DNA from: Methanobacteriota archaeon
GTDB taxonomy: Archaea > Halobacteriota > Bog-38 > Methanoflorentales > Methanoflorentaceae
NCBI GenBank assembly: GCA_963719035.1
Contig: CAVRAO010000002.1
Coordinates: 192,001 to 256,000 of the forward strand
Length of the DNA: 64,000 bases
Reading direction: 5' to 3'
Position numbers and translations under genes: made by a program. The notes below the pieces were generated by a model. It was not told where the DNA came from. It was given only the letters and a program-made list of their open reading frames with translations, and made no database searches. This document shows positions 1 to 11,024 of the stretch, one piece after another (position 1 is the first letter of the stretch; each line of letters starts with the position of its first letter).

Positions 1-168
1 GTTTTCATGCTGAAGCAAGTCTTTGGTTGCCTGGTTCGATCTGAGATTAATACCCGAATTAATTAGAGCGATCCGTGCATCGAACGCTCTGTTAATGACC
101 GATTGACGATCTAGGTCAAACGCAGGCATATCGATGTGGCAGTGGGTGTCTAAAAGATGCCATCGCAA
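1..168 (-). CDS. TatD family metal-dependent hydrolase (5' part, runs off the window)
   Basis: Manual translation from TTG at 168: (M)RWHLLDTHCHIDMPAFDLDRQSVINRA..., with the N-terminal DxHxH motif of TatD; directly follows the upstream stop. Confidence 0.8.
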   Translation of the reverse strand, partial: MRWHLLDTHCHIDMPAFDLDRQSVINRAFDARIALINSGINLRSNQATKDLLQHEN

Positions 169-169
169 A

Positions 170-1667
170 CTACGCACCGTCTCTTGCCTTCAGTCGGTTT
201 ATTGCGCTGATCATTGCTTCAACTGATGCAATAACAATGTCACCCCTGGCTGCCCGAGCTGTTACGAAGTTACCTTTCGAGTCTTCAACACCTATGACGA
301 CGTCAGCAAGTGCGTCACTCCCTCCACTAATAGAGTCGATCCGAAACGTTCGTAATTGCACGTCTGCCCCCCCAAGGATATCATGTACTGCGTTGATAGC
401 AGCATCGACAGGACCAATGCCGACTCGGGCCCCGATTTTGGTTTTCCCATCAACAATTGCTTTCACCGTAGCGGTTGGCGTAACGCGATTGCCAGTCATA
501 ACCGATAGCTCTTCAAGTAAGATTGTGGGTTTCAACACCTCATTTGTCACGGCTTCTGCGATAGCATACAGGTCTACGTCCGTAACTCGTCGACCTTTGT
601 CGCCAATTTCCTTAACGCGGCCCATTATACGAATTAGCTCTTCTTCGCTAACGTCAAAGCGTGCATCTTTAAGCATCTGGCGCACCGCGTGTTTACCAGC
701 GTGCTTACCTGCTACGAGTCTACGGCGTTGACCTACCATTTCTGGCGTCATGATTCCAGGTTCAAACGTATCCGCACGTTCTATTACCCCGCGCGAATGA
801 ATTCCGGATTCGTGCGAAAATGCGTTTTCCCCAACAATTGGCGCTGTAGGGGGTAGATTTATTCTCGTGAATCGTTCGACCAGTCGCGAGGTCTCGAGAA
901 GGTACTGTGAGTTGATGTTCAACTTTAGTCCAAAAATACTTGACAAGCTCATTGCCGTTTGAGCGAGGTCAGCGTTCCCCGCCCTCTCACCAATGCCATT
1001 AATCGTTACTTGGACTTGGTTGGCACCTGCTTCGACTGCTGACAAGCTATTCGCCACTGCCAATCCGAAATCATTATGGCAGTGCACGTCGATGGGGACT
1101 TTCACGACTTCCCTAATTTCCTTAACAAAGTTAAACATTCGCAAGGGGGCCATAATTCCTACCGTGTCAGGTATATTGATGACATCAGCTCCTGCAGATT
1201 CTACCCCTCGACAGATGTGTCGGAGAAAGTCCATTTCAGTCCTGGTAGCATCCATTGCAGAAAAGAGGCACTTCGGTACCGTGATCTTGTACGTATTCGA
1301 CTGCGTCAATTGACAGATCGTACACTTCCTGTCTCGTCTTTTTCATTGAATATTCGAGCTGCACGTCTGACGTTGAGGCGAAAACGTGAATAAGTCCAAC
1401 ACCGGCACCTAAGCACGCATCAATATCCGGTTTTACGACGCGTGCAAGACCGCACACAGTTGCTTGTAGACCCTCGTCTACGATGCTCTTCACCGCGTTG
1501 TATTCCCCTTTTGAGGAAATAGGAAACCCCGCTTCTATAACGTCGACGCCTAGCTTGTCTAGGGCTTTAGCGATGGTAAGTTTCTGGTCATCAGTGAGCG
1601 AAACGTTCGGTGTTTGCTCTCCGTCACGTAGTGTTGTGTCAAAAAAAGTGATTATTTCTTTATTCAT
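170..1667 (-). pseudogene. 2-isopropylmalate / (R)-citramalate synthase family (LeuA/CimA), split by a +1 frameshift near 1275 (probably an assembly error)
   Basis: DTTLRDGEQ in 1236..1667; HCHNDFG, GIGERAGN, HESGIH and the regulatory domain GxGPVDA in 170..1309; removing one base joins ...QDHG(T)KCLFSAMDATRT. Confidence 0.9.
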
Positions 1668-1831
1668 TCTCGAATTGACGAAGAAGACTATCCCTCAAAT
1701 ATATACGCATGTTTACAACAATTATTGAAGAGCTACCTATAAAACGCTTTCTTTAGGAGGCACGCGCATTTCAGCATTTTCAGCTTGCTTATCTAAAGTT
1801 TGAAATAAACGTTACTTTGATGCCAGTTTTC

Positions 1832-2554
1832 TTAGGCAAAACGTTTTTGGATCCAACTGATTAAACGTACGTTTTCTACGAAAATCACGTCGATAGTTAC
1901 AGCGAGAACCCCCACCAAAAAAATCGCATCAAAAACACCGGCACCGCCAATCGATGCAAAAGCAAAGCCACTTGGATAATAAGATAGGATATTACCAATA
2001 CGAACGACGTCAGCACCGAGCAGTACACCTAATGAACCCGAGACATAGGCAATTGGACCGACGCTTGCCCACTGCTTTTTTGAAAGCGCAATACCAACAA
2101 TGCTGGCTGCAATTGCAATAGCGTAGATGTTCTGGATAATGACCCCTTCTCCAGCCACATACCCCGAACTGAGGTAAGAGAAGATGGCAATGACAGAAAC
2201 TCCAATGAGGCTTGCTTTAATAGGGCTTCTGTGATCGATCATCATCTTGAGCGAAATTAAGAAAGGTATAAGGAAACCTGCCAAATCGAAACCAATGGCA
2301 AGTCCATTTCTTGGTCCAACGGTTAGGAAATCGCGGAACAGCAGGAACCCTAGCGGCACATCGATAATGCCAAAACCAAGTGAACCTCGAAAATATAGCA
2401 ATATCGAAGGAAATGAAGTAAGAAAAAGAACTGTTGAACCGATAAAGATCAAGAGTGCTTCTGACAGTTTGAAGCCCACCGTCTCGAATCCGAACACAAG
2501 TAGCAAGAGTATGAGAGAAGCGAGCAACAAAAAGGTGACTGATTCAATAAGCAT
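1832..2554 (-). CDS. DUF1614 family membrane protein
   Basis: Multi-TM protein with GSLGVLLGAD and SIGGAGVFDAIF motifs. Confidence 0.8.
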   Translation of the reverse strand: MLIESVTFLLLASLILLLLVFGFETVGFKLSEALLIFIGSTVLFLTSFPSILLYFRGSLGFGIIDVPLGFLLFRDFLTVGPRNGLAIGFDLAGFLIPFLISLKMMIDHRSPIKASLIGVSVIAIFSYLSSGYVAGEGVIIQNIYAIAIAASIVGIALSKKQWASVGPIAYVSGSLGVLLGADVVRIGNILSYYPSGFAFASIGGAGVFDAIFLVGVLAVTIDVIFVENVRLISWIQKRFA

Positions 2555-2743
2555 GGTTCGTTAGTTAAAATCTGATTTAATGAGTGGCGAGTGTTACATG
2601 ACTATATGGAAAAACAGTGCCTTTAACGCCTGTCATATTACTGCTACTTTTTGCGACTTTTTTCAACAAGAGATCTTAATACAACAACACCAGCTCCGAG
2701 AACTCTGCAAACACTAGAATTGTGGCCGAGAAGGATACTTTTG

Positions 2744-3787
2744 TTACACCATTAAAACCCTCTTGATCAACTCTCTAAAGATCGTACTCGCTGTTTCCAC
2801 CTCGCGAAGGTCTATCCATTCGTCAGTGGTGTGCGCTTGGGCAATTCCGCCAGGCCCAAAGACGACGGTAGGTATTCCTGCCTCGTTAAAACGCGAAGCG
2901 TCAGTACTCGCATCCATCGTCACTATCTGTGGGTTTTGCCCGCTATAGCGAATAGATTCGCTTAAAAGCGTAATAATCTCGTGATTTTGTAAATAAAAGG
3001 GGTGCGAAAAATCTTTTGGATCTTCCGCAAATTCGATCTTCGCTTCAGGTAGTTTCGCTCTGAACATCTCTAGAACACTTAATGCATCGTGAGGTGGCAC
3101 ATAGCGATAATCGACAGCGATTCGGCATCGGTCAGGAACTATATTAGGTGTGTCACCTCCATATATTGTGCTCACGGTCATAGTTTCTCTGCCAAGCACT
3201 GGATGTTTTATTAATAACATTTTGTCGATTAGCACCACAAGCTTTGCCATTTCGACAATGGCATTCTTGCCGAGCTCTGGTTTGCTAGCGTGCGCTGATC
3301 TTCCGATGGTTTCAATATAAAAGGTCATACGACCTTTGTGTCCGTTTGCTATCTTGAGACTAGTTGGCTCGCATACGACGCAGAAATCTGCATCTATATA
3401 AGGCATAATGTCTTGAGCCCCTTGACTTTTAAGCTCTTCATCGACGACGAACGTCGCGAGCAACGTGCCCCTAAGCTTGCTTTGTTCGATACCAGCAATC
3501 GCATTGATGACTGCGGCGAGACCCCCTTTATCATCAGCTGCACCTCTACCAAACAATCTCTTCCCTTTAATTTGGGGCGGAAAGAAAGGCGGCACGGTAT
3601 CAAGGTGACCGCACAACATTAAAGTAGGTCGTCCTCGGCCAAGTTTGCCGATGAGGCTGTTACCAGAGCGCGTGATTTCCATTCCCAGATCCACGAGTTT
3701 ATTTTCGATAAAAATGCTAATTTCATGCTCGTTAGTACTGGTACTTGGAATTTTCACCAACTCATACAGGAGTTCTGTGCTCGACAT
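2744..3787 (-). CDS. M20 family metallopeptidase/deacetylase (ArgE/DapE-like)
   Basis: GHLDTV, GRGAADDKG, DEE, EPT and AHTTDE metal-binding motifs. Confidence 0.9.
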   Translation of the reverse strand: MSSTELLYELVKIPSTSTNEHEISIFIENKLVDLGMEITRSGNSLIGKLGRGRPTLMLCGHLDTVPPFFPPQIKGKRLFGRGAADDKGGLAAVINAIAGIEQSKLRGTLLATFVVDEELKSQGAQDIMPYIDADFCVVCEPTSLKIANGHKGRMTFYIETIGRSAHASKPELGKNAIVEMAKLVVLIDKMLLIKHPVLGRETMTVSTIYGGDTPNIVPDRCRIAVDYRYVPPHDALSVLEMFRAKLPEAKIEFAEDPKDFSHPFYLQNHEIITLLSESIRYSGQNPQIVTMDASTDASRFNEAGIPTVVFGPGGIAQAHTTDEWIDLREVETASTIFRELIKRVLMV

Positions 3788-3796
3788 AAGACCATC

Positions 3797-5695
3797 CTAC
3801 TGAAGGACAGACAGAACCTTAGCCCGGAGCACTTTATTTACGAGTCTACCGTCCGCTTTTCCCCGGACTTCTTTCATGACGACACCCATTAGGGGACCTA
3901 TAGCTCCCACGCCCCTTGCCTTAATGAAATCGAGCTGAGACTTAACCACTTCATCAACAATCGCTTTAAGCTCGCGCTCACTTAACATGATAAATCCCAG
4001 TTCTATCGCAGCCTCATCAGCAGTTCTCGTATCACATTCAGCCAGCACTCGAAGAACCTCGGGCACTCCTTCTTTGGAGATGGTCTTAGATCTCACGAGC
4101 TGGAAAACATCAAGGATGTGTTTACGCTTCAGTCTATCAACGGGCACGCCATCTCTCTTAAGTTCCGCGATGACTCCTTCAAGTGTGCGGACCACAAGTG
4201 TTGCAGCATCCTTCATTTCGCCTTTTGTTATGTCGCTGTTTTTCTCGCGCCAAAGGCTCATAACTTGTTCAAAAAGTCTATTATTCTCAGACCACGCGAT
4301 TTGATGGGCCAATTCATCGTTTAAAAAAAAGTCACGCTGATATCTCTGCGTCCTATCTTCAAGCTTTTCTGGCAAGTGCAGCTTAACACGTTCGATAACC
4401 TCTTTCGGGAGAGAGATAGGGGAGACGTCCGTCTCTGGGTACATGCGGGCGGCACCGGGTAGGGGTCGTAGATATTCGGAGCACCCGTCGTCCAAAACGC
4501 GGCGCGTCTCTTCAGGCACGCCCTCAGTAGCTTCTCTCGCTCGCTTTATAACTGCAGAAATCGCTTCAATACATGTCTTAGCACTCTCGTCAGCAAGTAT
4601 GACAGCTGCGTCGTGCTCTCCAGCTTCTAAGAACTGTAGCAGAGCATCTTTTTCTTTGCTTGAGATTCCAAAGCGTGGCAACTCATCAGTGTGAAATATG
4701 CCTGCAACACCCTTCTTTTTTGCCCGATCCGCGAATTCGGAACCCAATCGGCGACCCGGTTGTATCTCTTTTCCCACGAGGCCGGCAAAACCAGGAAGTA
4801 AAACGCCCCAAACACGTTTCTTCTTAAGAATTTTTGATCCGGTCTGGGTGAATATCGAGGTGACCTCAATGGGGTTTCCTACGCGCGCCCCTCGGGCTTG
4901 TAGCTCATCCCTGATCTTGAGCAAGTTGAGCTGCCTCGAGACTTCAACATGTACGATATCCTCAACTAATTCAAGCGCTTGTACGCCTTTTATTTCGACC
5001 CGCGCACCCCCTACAATGGAGATATTTATATCCTGCCTGATCGTCCCCAGCCCTCGCTTAACAGTACAAGCGCGCAAGATCGTTCCGATTGTAAGAGCGA
5101 GCTCTTTTACCATCTTAGGTGTTTTCAAATCAGGGGCACTGCCGATTTCAACAAGCGGAATGCCGAGCCGATCGAGCGAATAGACGTCCTTGTAGACGAT
5201 TTGCGCTGCCTCCTCCTCAACGGAAAGCGAGTCGATCTTAACGGGGCCGTTTCTAAGCGATACTTGTCCGTCTACTGCTAAAAGCGCCGTTCGTTGGAAG
5301 CCACTTGTGTTCGACCCGTCGATTACCAGTTTCCGCATAGTATGGACTTGTTCGAACGGTTGCATCTGAAGCAAAAGGGCTATTTGAAGTGCAATTTTGA
5401 GGGCTTCTACGTTCATTTCCATCGGCGGCTCATCGTCATTTTCCACAAGACCTGTACTCGCGTATGCCTTGTAAGTAAACCGCCTGGTCCCAACACCCTC
5501 TTCCAACGCAGCTCGGTCAATTTCACCCAATTCACTCTTTGAAGGGCGCAAGTAGCGATAAAACTCATAAGTCGCATCTTTAGTGTCTTTCAACTCAGCC
5601 GGACTACTGCAAAAAAGCTTAGACGTGGTGTTGAGTTGTTGATGGATTTCCAAGCCGGCCTTTAGACCAATTTTCATATAGTCGTGATCCTTCAC
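3797..5695 (-). CDS. gatE: Glu-tRNA(Gln) amidotransferase subunit E
   Basis: GLEIHQQL, DGSNTSGFQRT, RQDINISI, PGAARMYPETD motifs; follows gatD. Confidence 0.97.
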   Translation of the reverse strand: MKDHDYMKIGLKAGLEIHQQLNTTSKLFCSSPAELKDTKDATYEFYRYLRPSKSELGEIDRAALEEGVGTRRFTYKAYASTGLVENDDEPPMEMNVEALKIALQIALLLQMQPFEQVHTMRKLVIDGSNTSGFQRTALLAVDGQVSLRNGPVKIDSLSVEEEAAQIVYKDVYSLDRLGIPLVEIGSAPDLKTPKMVKELALTIGTILRACTVKRGLGTIRQDINISIVGGARVEIKGVQALELVEDIVHVEVSRQLNLLKIRDELQARGARVGNPIEVTSIFTQTGSKILKKKRVWGVLLPGFAGLVGKEIQPGRRLGSEFADRAKKKGVAGIFHTDELPRFGISSKEKDALLQFLEAGEHDAAVILADESAKTCIEAISAVIKRAREATEGVPEETRRVLDDGCSEYLRPLPGAARMYPETDVSPISLPKEVIERVKLHLPEKLEDRTQRYQRDFFLNDELAHQIAWSENNRLFEQVMSLWREKNSDITKGEMKDAATLVVRTLEGVIAELKRDGVPVDRLKRKHILDVFQLVRSKTISKEGVPEVLRVLAECDTRTADEAAIELGFIMLSERELKAIVDEVVKSQLDFIKARGVGAIGPLMGVVMKEVRGKADGRLVNKVLRAKVLSVLQ

Positions 5696-6966
5696 GGTAA
5701 CTCCTCAAACGCACGCCACGTCCTGCTCTCGTCAACGGTTATTTCGCCAGCAATGTTAGTTTTCATGAGCTGTCGAATCTCTTCGCGATCAGACGTCTGG
5801 CCAAGCACCCACATTAGTTTAACAAGCGCTGTTTCACTGAGCATATCGTCACCTTCAATTATCCCGGCTTTCAAGAGGTCACGACCAGTGTCGTAGACCC
5901 TATCGCACACGGTGCCGTAGACACACTGAGAGGTCATCACAACCGGGATAGCCTCCGTTGTTTCTTTCACGTATGGGACCCATTCGCTCGTAACGTGACC
6001 GAGGCCGGTTCCTTCAATAACTAAGCCCTTGTATCCTTGCGTCAAATAGAAGTTCATAATATCGGGATTTGCTCCTGGGAAGAATTTTATAAGAGCGCAT
6101 TTTGGCTCGATCTTTGGACGAACGGAGAGTTCGCAATCTCCTCGACCAATCCGATCAGTTAAGAATTGTAGCGATCTTTCCTGATATTTAACGCGTGCCA
6201 CTGGTTCTGCATTGACTGATCGAAACGCGTCGCGTCGTGACGTGTGCATCTTCTTCGTACGAGTTCCCAGATGAACGAGACAGGTGTCATCTGATGCATC
6301 TTCATGCATCACAGTAAAAACGCCTGCAAGGTCACTTGTAGCTGCTACAGCTGCACAGGTCGCATTAACGACGTTGTCACTGCTCGGACGATCGGCAGAT
6401 CTCTGCGAGCCGACAAGCATGACTGGCACGGGTACCTGCAGCATGAATGATAAAGCTGCAGCGCTATATCCTAAGGTGTCTGTCCCGTGCGTCACAAGCA
6501 CTCCATACGCTCCTGCACGGACTTGATTGTAAACGCATAAGGCAAGCTCTGACCACAACTCTGGGAGCATGTTTTCGCTTAGAATGTTGTAAAGCACCAT
6601 ACCTTCGATGTTAGCGATTTCAGCTAAGCTGGGAATTGCGTCTATTATATCATCAGCGTCGAACTGACTCGTTACCGCTCCTGTTCGGTAGTCAATTTTA
6701 CTTGCTATGGTGCCTCCAGTCGAGACAATGCTCAACCGCGGCAACTCAGGACGTATGGGCCTAGACAGTCTTTTAGCCGTCACAGGTTTTCCTTTTTCAA
6801 CGAGGGAAATCTTTAGGCCCTCAGGCGCAAAACCGACGTTATAACCGCTGTATAGCTTAATTACTATATAGGTAGTAGCACTCGGCATAAGCACGCCAAA
6901 AAACTCTTTCGCATCTTTGACCACTTTGACGTGATCACCGTGTCGTATGTCGTCCATTTTAGACAT
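5692..6966 (-). CDS. gatD: Glu-tRNA(Gln) amidotransferase subunit D
   Basis: Asparaginase-like STGGTIAS, HGTDT, GSQRSADRPSSD; N-terminal KLYSGYNVG. Confidence 0.97.
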   Translation of the reverse strand: MSKMDDIRHGDHVKVVKDAKEFFGVLMPSATTYIVIKLYSGYNVGFAPEGLKISLVEKGKPVTAKRLSRPIRPELPRLSIVSTGGTIASKIDYRTGAVTSQFDADDIIDAIPSLAEIANIEGMVLYNILSENMLPELWSELALCVYNQVRAGAYGVLVTHGTDTLGYSAAALSFMLQVPVPVMLVGSQRSADRPSSDNVVNATCAAVAATSDLAGVFTVMHEDASDDTCLVHLGTRTKKMHTSRRDAFRSVNAEPVARVKYQERSLQFLTDRIGRGDCELSVRPKIEPKCALIKFFPGANPDIMNFYLTQGYKGLVIEGTGLGHVTSEWVPYVKETTEAIPVVMTSQCVYGTVCDRVYDTGRDLLKAGIIEGDDMLSETALVKLMWVLGQTSDREEIRQLMKTNIAGEITVDESRTWRAFEELP

Positions 6967-8419
6967 CAGAGTGGTGCAACAGGTCCTTTTCCACCATTTG
7001 AAGGGCGTTCTGTTGTAGCGCGAGGTGCCGCCGTTGAGATCCCAAACGCTTGCGTCGTGCCTTTATCATACGGGCTACCTCACTTGCTGCAGGCCCGCCC
7101 TTCACGCCCCTTTTAGCAATGTTTTGACTGACGTCGAGAGCTTCTCTAACATCACTAGCTGTCAAACCAAGGAGTGACAAGGACTTTCCAACATGTTTTT
7201 TTCCTACATTATCGATTGTATCAAAATCGCAGTTACCGATTCGCACGACTTCGCCAACAATGGTGTGTGCGGTTCGAAAAGGAACGCTCGTCGTACGAGC
7301 AATAGTATCGGCCAGCTCGGTTGCCGTTGTGAAACCTACGGAACTCATATCAGCTAGCCTCTCCCTGTTAATGATAAGCGTTTTTAGAATAGCTTGAACA
7401 ATCTGGGCACAGTCGATTGCGGCACTTATGGCTTGGTGCAAATGCTGCGTAATTTCCTGCAAATCGAGATTGTAGCTATATGGGAGCGCCTTACATATTA
7501 CCAAGCTCGCCATTAGCGCTCCGATAACCGTACCTGTTTTTGCGCGCGTCAATTCAAGCGGGTCAGGGTTCTTCTTCTGTGGCATAATAGAACTTGTCGA
7601 AGCAAACTTGTCATCCAGTTCCACGTAGCCAAACTCGGATGTGCTCCAGAGTATGAGCTCTTCGGAAAGGCGGCTGAGTGTGATCATGAAATTTGAGGCA
7701 GTGGCTAGCACCTCTATGACAAAGTCGCGGGTGCTCACTGCGTCCATCGAGTTCTCAATAATCCCGTCGAAACCGAGAGCTGATGCGGTCGAATCACGAT
7801 CGATCGGCCAGCCAGTAGAGGCAAAAGCTGCTGCCCCCAATGGCGATTTGTTTGTTCGATCATAGCAGTCCCCCGAGCGTGCAAAGTCTCGCTCTAAGGC
7901 ATCATAATGTGCGAGCAAATGGTGCCCTAGCGTTGTAGGCTGAGCGTGTTGCAAATGTGTAAAGCCAGGCATTATGGTGGACAGGTTTTCAGCTGACCGT
8001 TCCAATAGGGTGCTTTGCAGTGCAAGAATGGCATCCTTGAGTGAAAGCAACTTATCACGCACGGCCATGCGAATGCACGCTGCAACCTCATCATTCCTCG
8101 ACCGACCTAGGTGCAGCCAACCAGCTTGCGCAGGCCCCACCTCATCCGTTAGCGCTGTCTCAATCGCAACATGGACATCGTCAACGTCTTTCTGTAAAAA
8201 AGCGTAACCGCGTTTATTTATGTTAAGCAATGATTGTTTAAGCGCGTTATAGGTCGTTTGTGAGATTATCGCCTGTTTATTGAGCATTCTCACGTGCGCG
8301 AGATCGACGAGAATGTCATAACGAAAAAGCCACGCGTCTGCAGCGATGGAGGTGGTAAACTGCGATGCGCGCTTATTGGACTCCATTAGACGGCCCTTCC
8401 GAATAATGTTCTGCGTCAT
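6959..8419 (-). CDS. argH: Argininosuccinate lyase
   Basis: GRSRND, PGFTHLQHAQP, SSIMPQKKNPD, FRTAH motifs. Confidence 0.96.
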   Translation of the reverse strand: MTQNIIRKGRLMESNKRASQFTTSIAADAWLFRYDILVDLAHVRMLNKQAIISQTTYNALKQSLLNINKRGYAFLQKDVDDVHVAIETALTDEVGPAQAGWLHLGRSRNDEVAACIRMAVRDKLLSLKDAILALQSTLLERSAENLSTIMPGFTHLQHAQPTTLGHHLLAHYDALERDFARSGDCYDRTNKSPLGAAAFASTGWPIDRDSTASALGFDGIIENSMDAVSTRDFVIEVLATASNFMITLSRLSEELILWSTSEFGYVELDDKFASTSSIMPQKKNPDPLELTRAKTGTVIGALMASLVICKALPYSYNLDLQEITQHLHQAISAAIDCAQIVQAILKTLIINRERLADMSSVGFTTATELADTIARTTSVPFRTAHTIVGEVVRIGNCDFDTIDNVGKKHVGKSLSLLGLTASDVREALDVSQNIAKRGVKGGPAASEVARMIKARRKRLGSQRRHLALQQNALQMVEKDLLHHSDV

Positions 8420-8633
8420 TACATTCTCAGACGAACGGACGGGTATTATGTATTTCGCTTGATAGCATTCAGAGAGGACTTTCTACTTCTATCACAGTGA
8501 GCACGGTGCCATCGCGTTTGATCTTAGTAATGTTCGTCAGATGTGAGCGCGCAATGTACTCTTATAGTTCGATGCAAAAGTTAATCTTTGAACCAAGCAG
8601 ACTCTAAAGTATAACACAACCACTTATTCGAAT

Positions 8634-9788
8634 ATGAAGAGCTTAGAAGGTAAAACCGTCATCTTAGGTGTCACAGGCAGTATCGCGGCAATAGAGACTG
8701 TTAAGCTGATCCGAGAGCTCAAGCGCAAGGGCGCAATAGTGCACGTCGTTACGACACCAGCAGCACGGCAGGTACTACACCCAAACGCGTTGGAATACGC
8801 CTCACAGAACCCTGTGATAAATGAACTCACGGGAAAGGTTGAGCACGTCGCTTTTCTAGGGAAGGACGGGTCGGCAGACATGCTTTTAATTGCGCCTTGC
8901 ACAGCAAATACGATAGGCAAGGTCGCACATGGCATTGACGATACTCCTGTAACGACGTGTGCGGTCACAGCCATTGGATCGGACAAACCTGTTATAGTTG
9001 TTCCTGCAATGCACTTGTCTATGTATTCTCAGCCACTTGTAAGAGAGAACATCAATCGCCTAAGAGAGCTAGTTCATTTTGTTTGGCCACGCATCGAAGA
9101 AGACAGAGCAAAACTCGCCCATACTAGCGAAATCGTGCTCACAGTCGAGCGGCTTCTCTCCCAAAGGGATCTAGCAAAAAAGAAAGTGTTGATCACAAGC
9201 GGTGCGACGATAGAGGCCGTCGATCCGATTCGCATTCTCACGACAAGAAGCTCAGGGAGAACTGGCAGGGAAATTGCTTATGAAGCTTTTAGGAGGGGAG
9301 CTGACGTTACTATCGTGCACGATAGCACCGCACAGCTCGTGAATCAGATACGTGTGGAAAGTGCAGCAGAGATGAGCGGTGCAGTACTTATGGAGCTGGA
9401 GAAAGGATACGACATATTTATCAATGCGGCGGCTATCTCCGACTTTACCGTTGATAAACACGATAAAAAGATTAGGTCTGGCCAAGCGCTTCATCTCGAG
9501 TTGAAGAATGTGCCAAAACTCACCGACATTGTTCGAGCGAAGTACCCGCATCTTTTTATCGTCTGTTTCAAAGCGGAAACTAATACAACTCCGGATGAAC
9601 TCATAGAATGTGCCCGCTCTATTCCCGTTGATTTAGTGGTTGCAAACGACGTGACAGTGCGAGGTATGGGCACTAAAGACAACGAAATTTACATAGTAAA
9701 TTCGCACGTCGAACGGTATCAAGGCGATAAAGCGTATCTCGCTGTGAAGATTATCGACGCTGTTGTTCAGAGAATAAACCACAAATGA
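8634..9788 (+). CDS. coaBC: Phosphopantothenoylcysteine decarboxylase / phosphopantothenate-cysteine ligase
   Basis: GVTGSIAA, APCTANT, PAMH, AAISDF, FKAET, VVAND motifs. Confidence 0.95.
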   Translation: MKSLEGKTVILGVTGSIAAIETVKLIRELKRKGAIVHVVTTPAARQVLHPNALEYASQNPVINELTGKVEHVAFLGKDGSADMLLIAPCTANTIGKVAHGIDDTPVTTCAVTAIGSDKPVIVVPAMHLSMYSQPLVRENINRLRELVHFVWPRIEEDRAKLAHTSEIVLTVERLLSQRDLAKKKVLITSGATIEAVDPIRILTTRSSGRTGREIAYEAFRRGADVTIVHDSTAQLVNQIRVESAAEMSGAVLMELEKGYDIFINAAAISDFTVDKHDKKIRSGQALHLELKNVPKLTDIVRAKYPHLFIVCFKAETNTTPDELIECARSIPVDLVVANDVTVRGMGTKDNEIYIVNSHVERYQGDKAYLAVKIIDAVVQRINHK

Positions 9789-10591
9789 AAGCGTTTTGCC
9801 CTTTTCATATTACAGGGTTTTTCGCACTGAAGTCTGACGAGAAAACTGTTTCCTCGATTGGGGGCGGCATTGTTATTGCCGATGGCGCCGTGACTGAAGC
9901 CTCCGAAGGACACGGTAGCGTTTATATCAACCGACAACAGGATTCAGCACCCACCACAAAAACGGTCGCAGCATTGCTGTCTGATAGAATCGCTGATGTT
10001 AGGACCGAGCTAGCGGGGCCGATGGGCTGCGGACTTGGGACTAGTGGCGCCGGCGCTTTAAGCACCGCCCTTGCCTTAAACGAATTGTGGGGACTTAAAC
10101 GCAGCTTTAATGCCCTCTGTGATGTTGCACAACGGGCAGAAATTACAAACAAAACTGGAGTTGGCGACGTTGTCGCCCAAGCAGTAGGAGGTTTCGTCGT
10201 TCGTCAACAAAATGCGGTTTATCAAATTCCTACGCCCCCGCTCGAGATTTCTTATGTCGTCTTTGGTCCCCTCCAAACTCCGGAAATCTTGGCAGACCGA
10301 GACAAAATCGCCGTTATTAACAAGTTTGGATCGGTCGCGTTACAGAGGCTCTTACAGAAGCCAACTTTTGACGAATTTATGCGCTTATCGAAGCAATTTG
10401 CCTGCGACACTGAGCTCATAAGTCCAAAAGCGCAAGATACGGTCGAAGCGGTTGAAGCAAGCGGTGGACTAGCATCAATGGCGATGCTCGGAGACGCTGT
10501 TTATGCTATAGATCCTGCCAACGCGCTCAACGCTTTTGGAAAAGTTCGAAAGACAATGATATACAATCATGGCGCTCACCTTGTCTTCTAA
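9785..10591 (+). CDS. Pantoate kinase (GHMP family)
   Basis: HITGFF, GCGLGTSGA, TGVGDV, MAMLG motifs; ATGA-type overlap with coaBC. Confidence 0.88.
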   Translation: MKAFCPFHITGFFALKSDEKTVSSIGGGIVIADGAVTEASEGHGSVYINRQQDSAPTTKTVAALLSDRIADVRTELAGPMGCGLGTSGAGALSTALALNELWGLKRSFNALCDVAQRAEITNKTGVGDVVAQAVGGFVVRQQNAVYQIPTPPLEISYVVFGPLQTPEILADRDKIAVINKFGSVALQRLLQKPTFDEFMRLSKQFACDTELISPKAQDTVEAVEASGGLASMAMLGDAVYAIDPANALNAFGKVRKTMIYNHGAHLVF

Positions 10592-10769
10592 ACGCACTAA
10601 AAAAGACGTAACTTAGAACAAGAAACGGGCATCAGCACACTGAGCGTAAAAAACCAATCAAAAAGGTAGATGGAAGAACAACATATTAGTCAAGGCGCGC
10701 AGCGCAAACTTCTAACAATAATGTAGTTAATCCATCAATTCAGTCTATTTCGTAGTTCAACAAGCTAGG

Positions 10770-11024
10770 TTACTCTTCGACTATTTCAGCAAAAGCGAAG
10801 TTGCGCTTCACAGCCTTGATTTCAATCTTAACTTCGTCACCGATCTTGGTGTGTGGAATGAAAATCACGAAACCACTAATACGAGCTATGCCATCGCCCT
10901 GTTTGGCAATATCTTCGATTTTAACGTCATATTGCTTTCCGACATCTACAGGGGCAGCCTTTGGTTTACTGTCATAACTCTTATAACCGCCGCCGAAATT
11001 GTTTCTAGTATTTGCTCTATACAC
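10770..11024 (-). CDS. Single TRAM-domain RNA-binding protein
   Basis: APV..G..YDVKIEDIAKQGDGIARISGFVIFIP signature. Confidence 0.92.
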   Translation of the reverse strand: MYRANTRNNFGGGYKSYDSKPKAAPVDVGKQYDVKIEDIAKQGDGIARISGFVIFIPHTKIGDEVKIEIKAVKRNFAFAEIVEE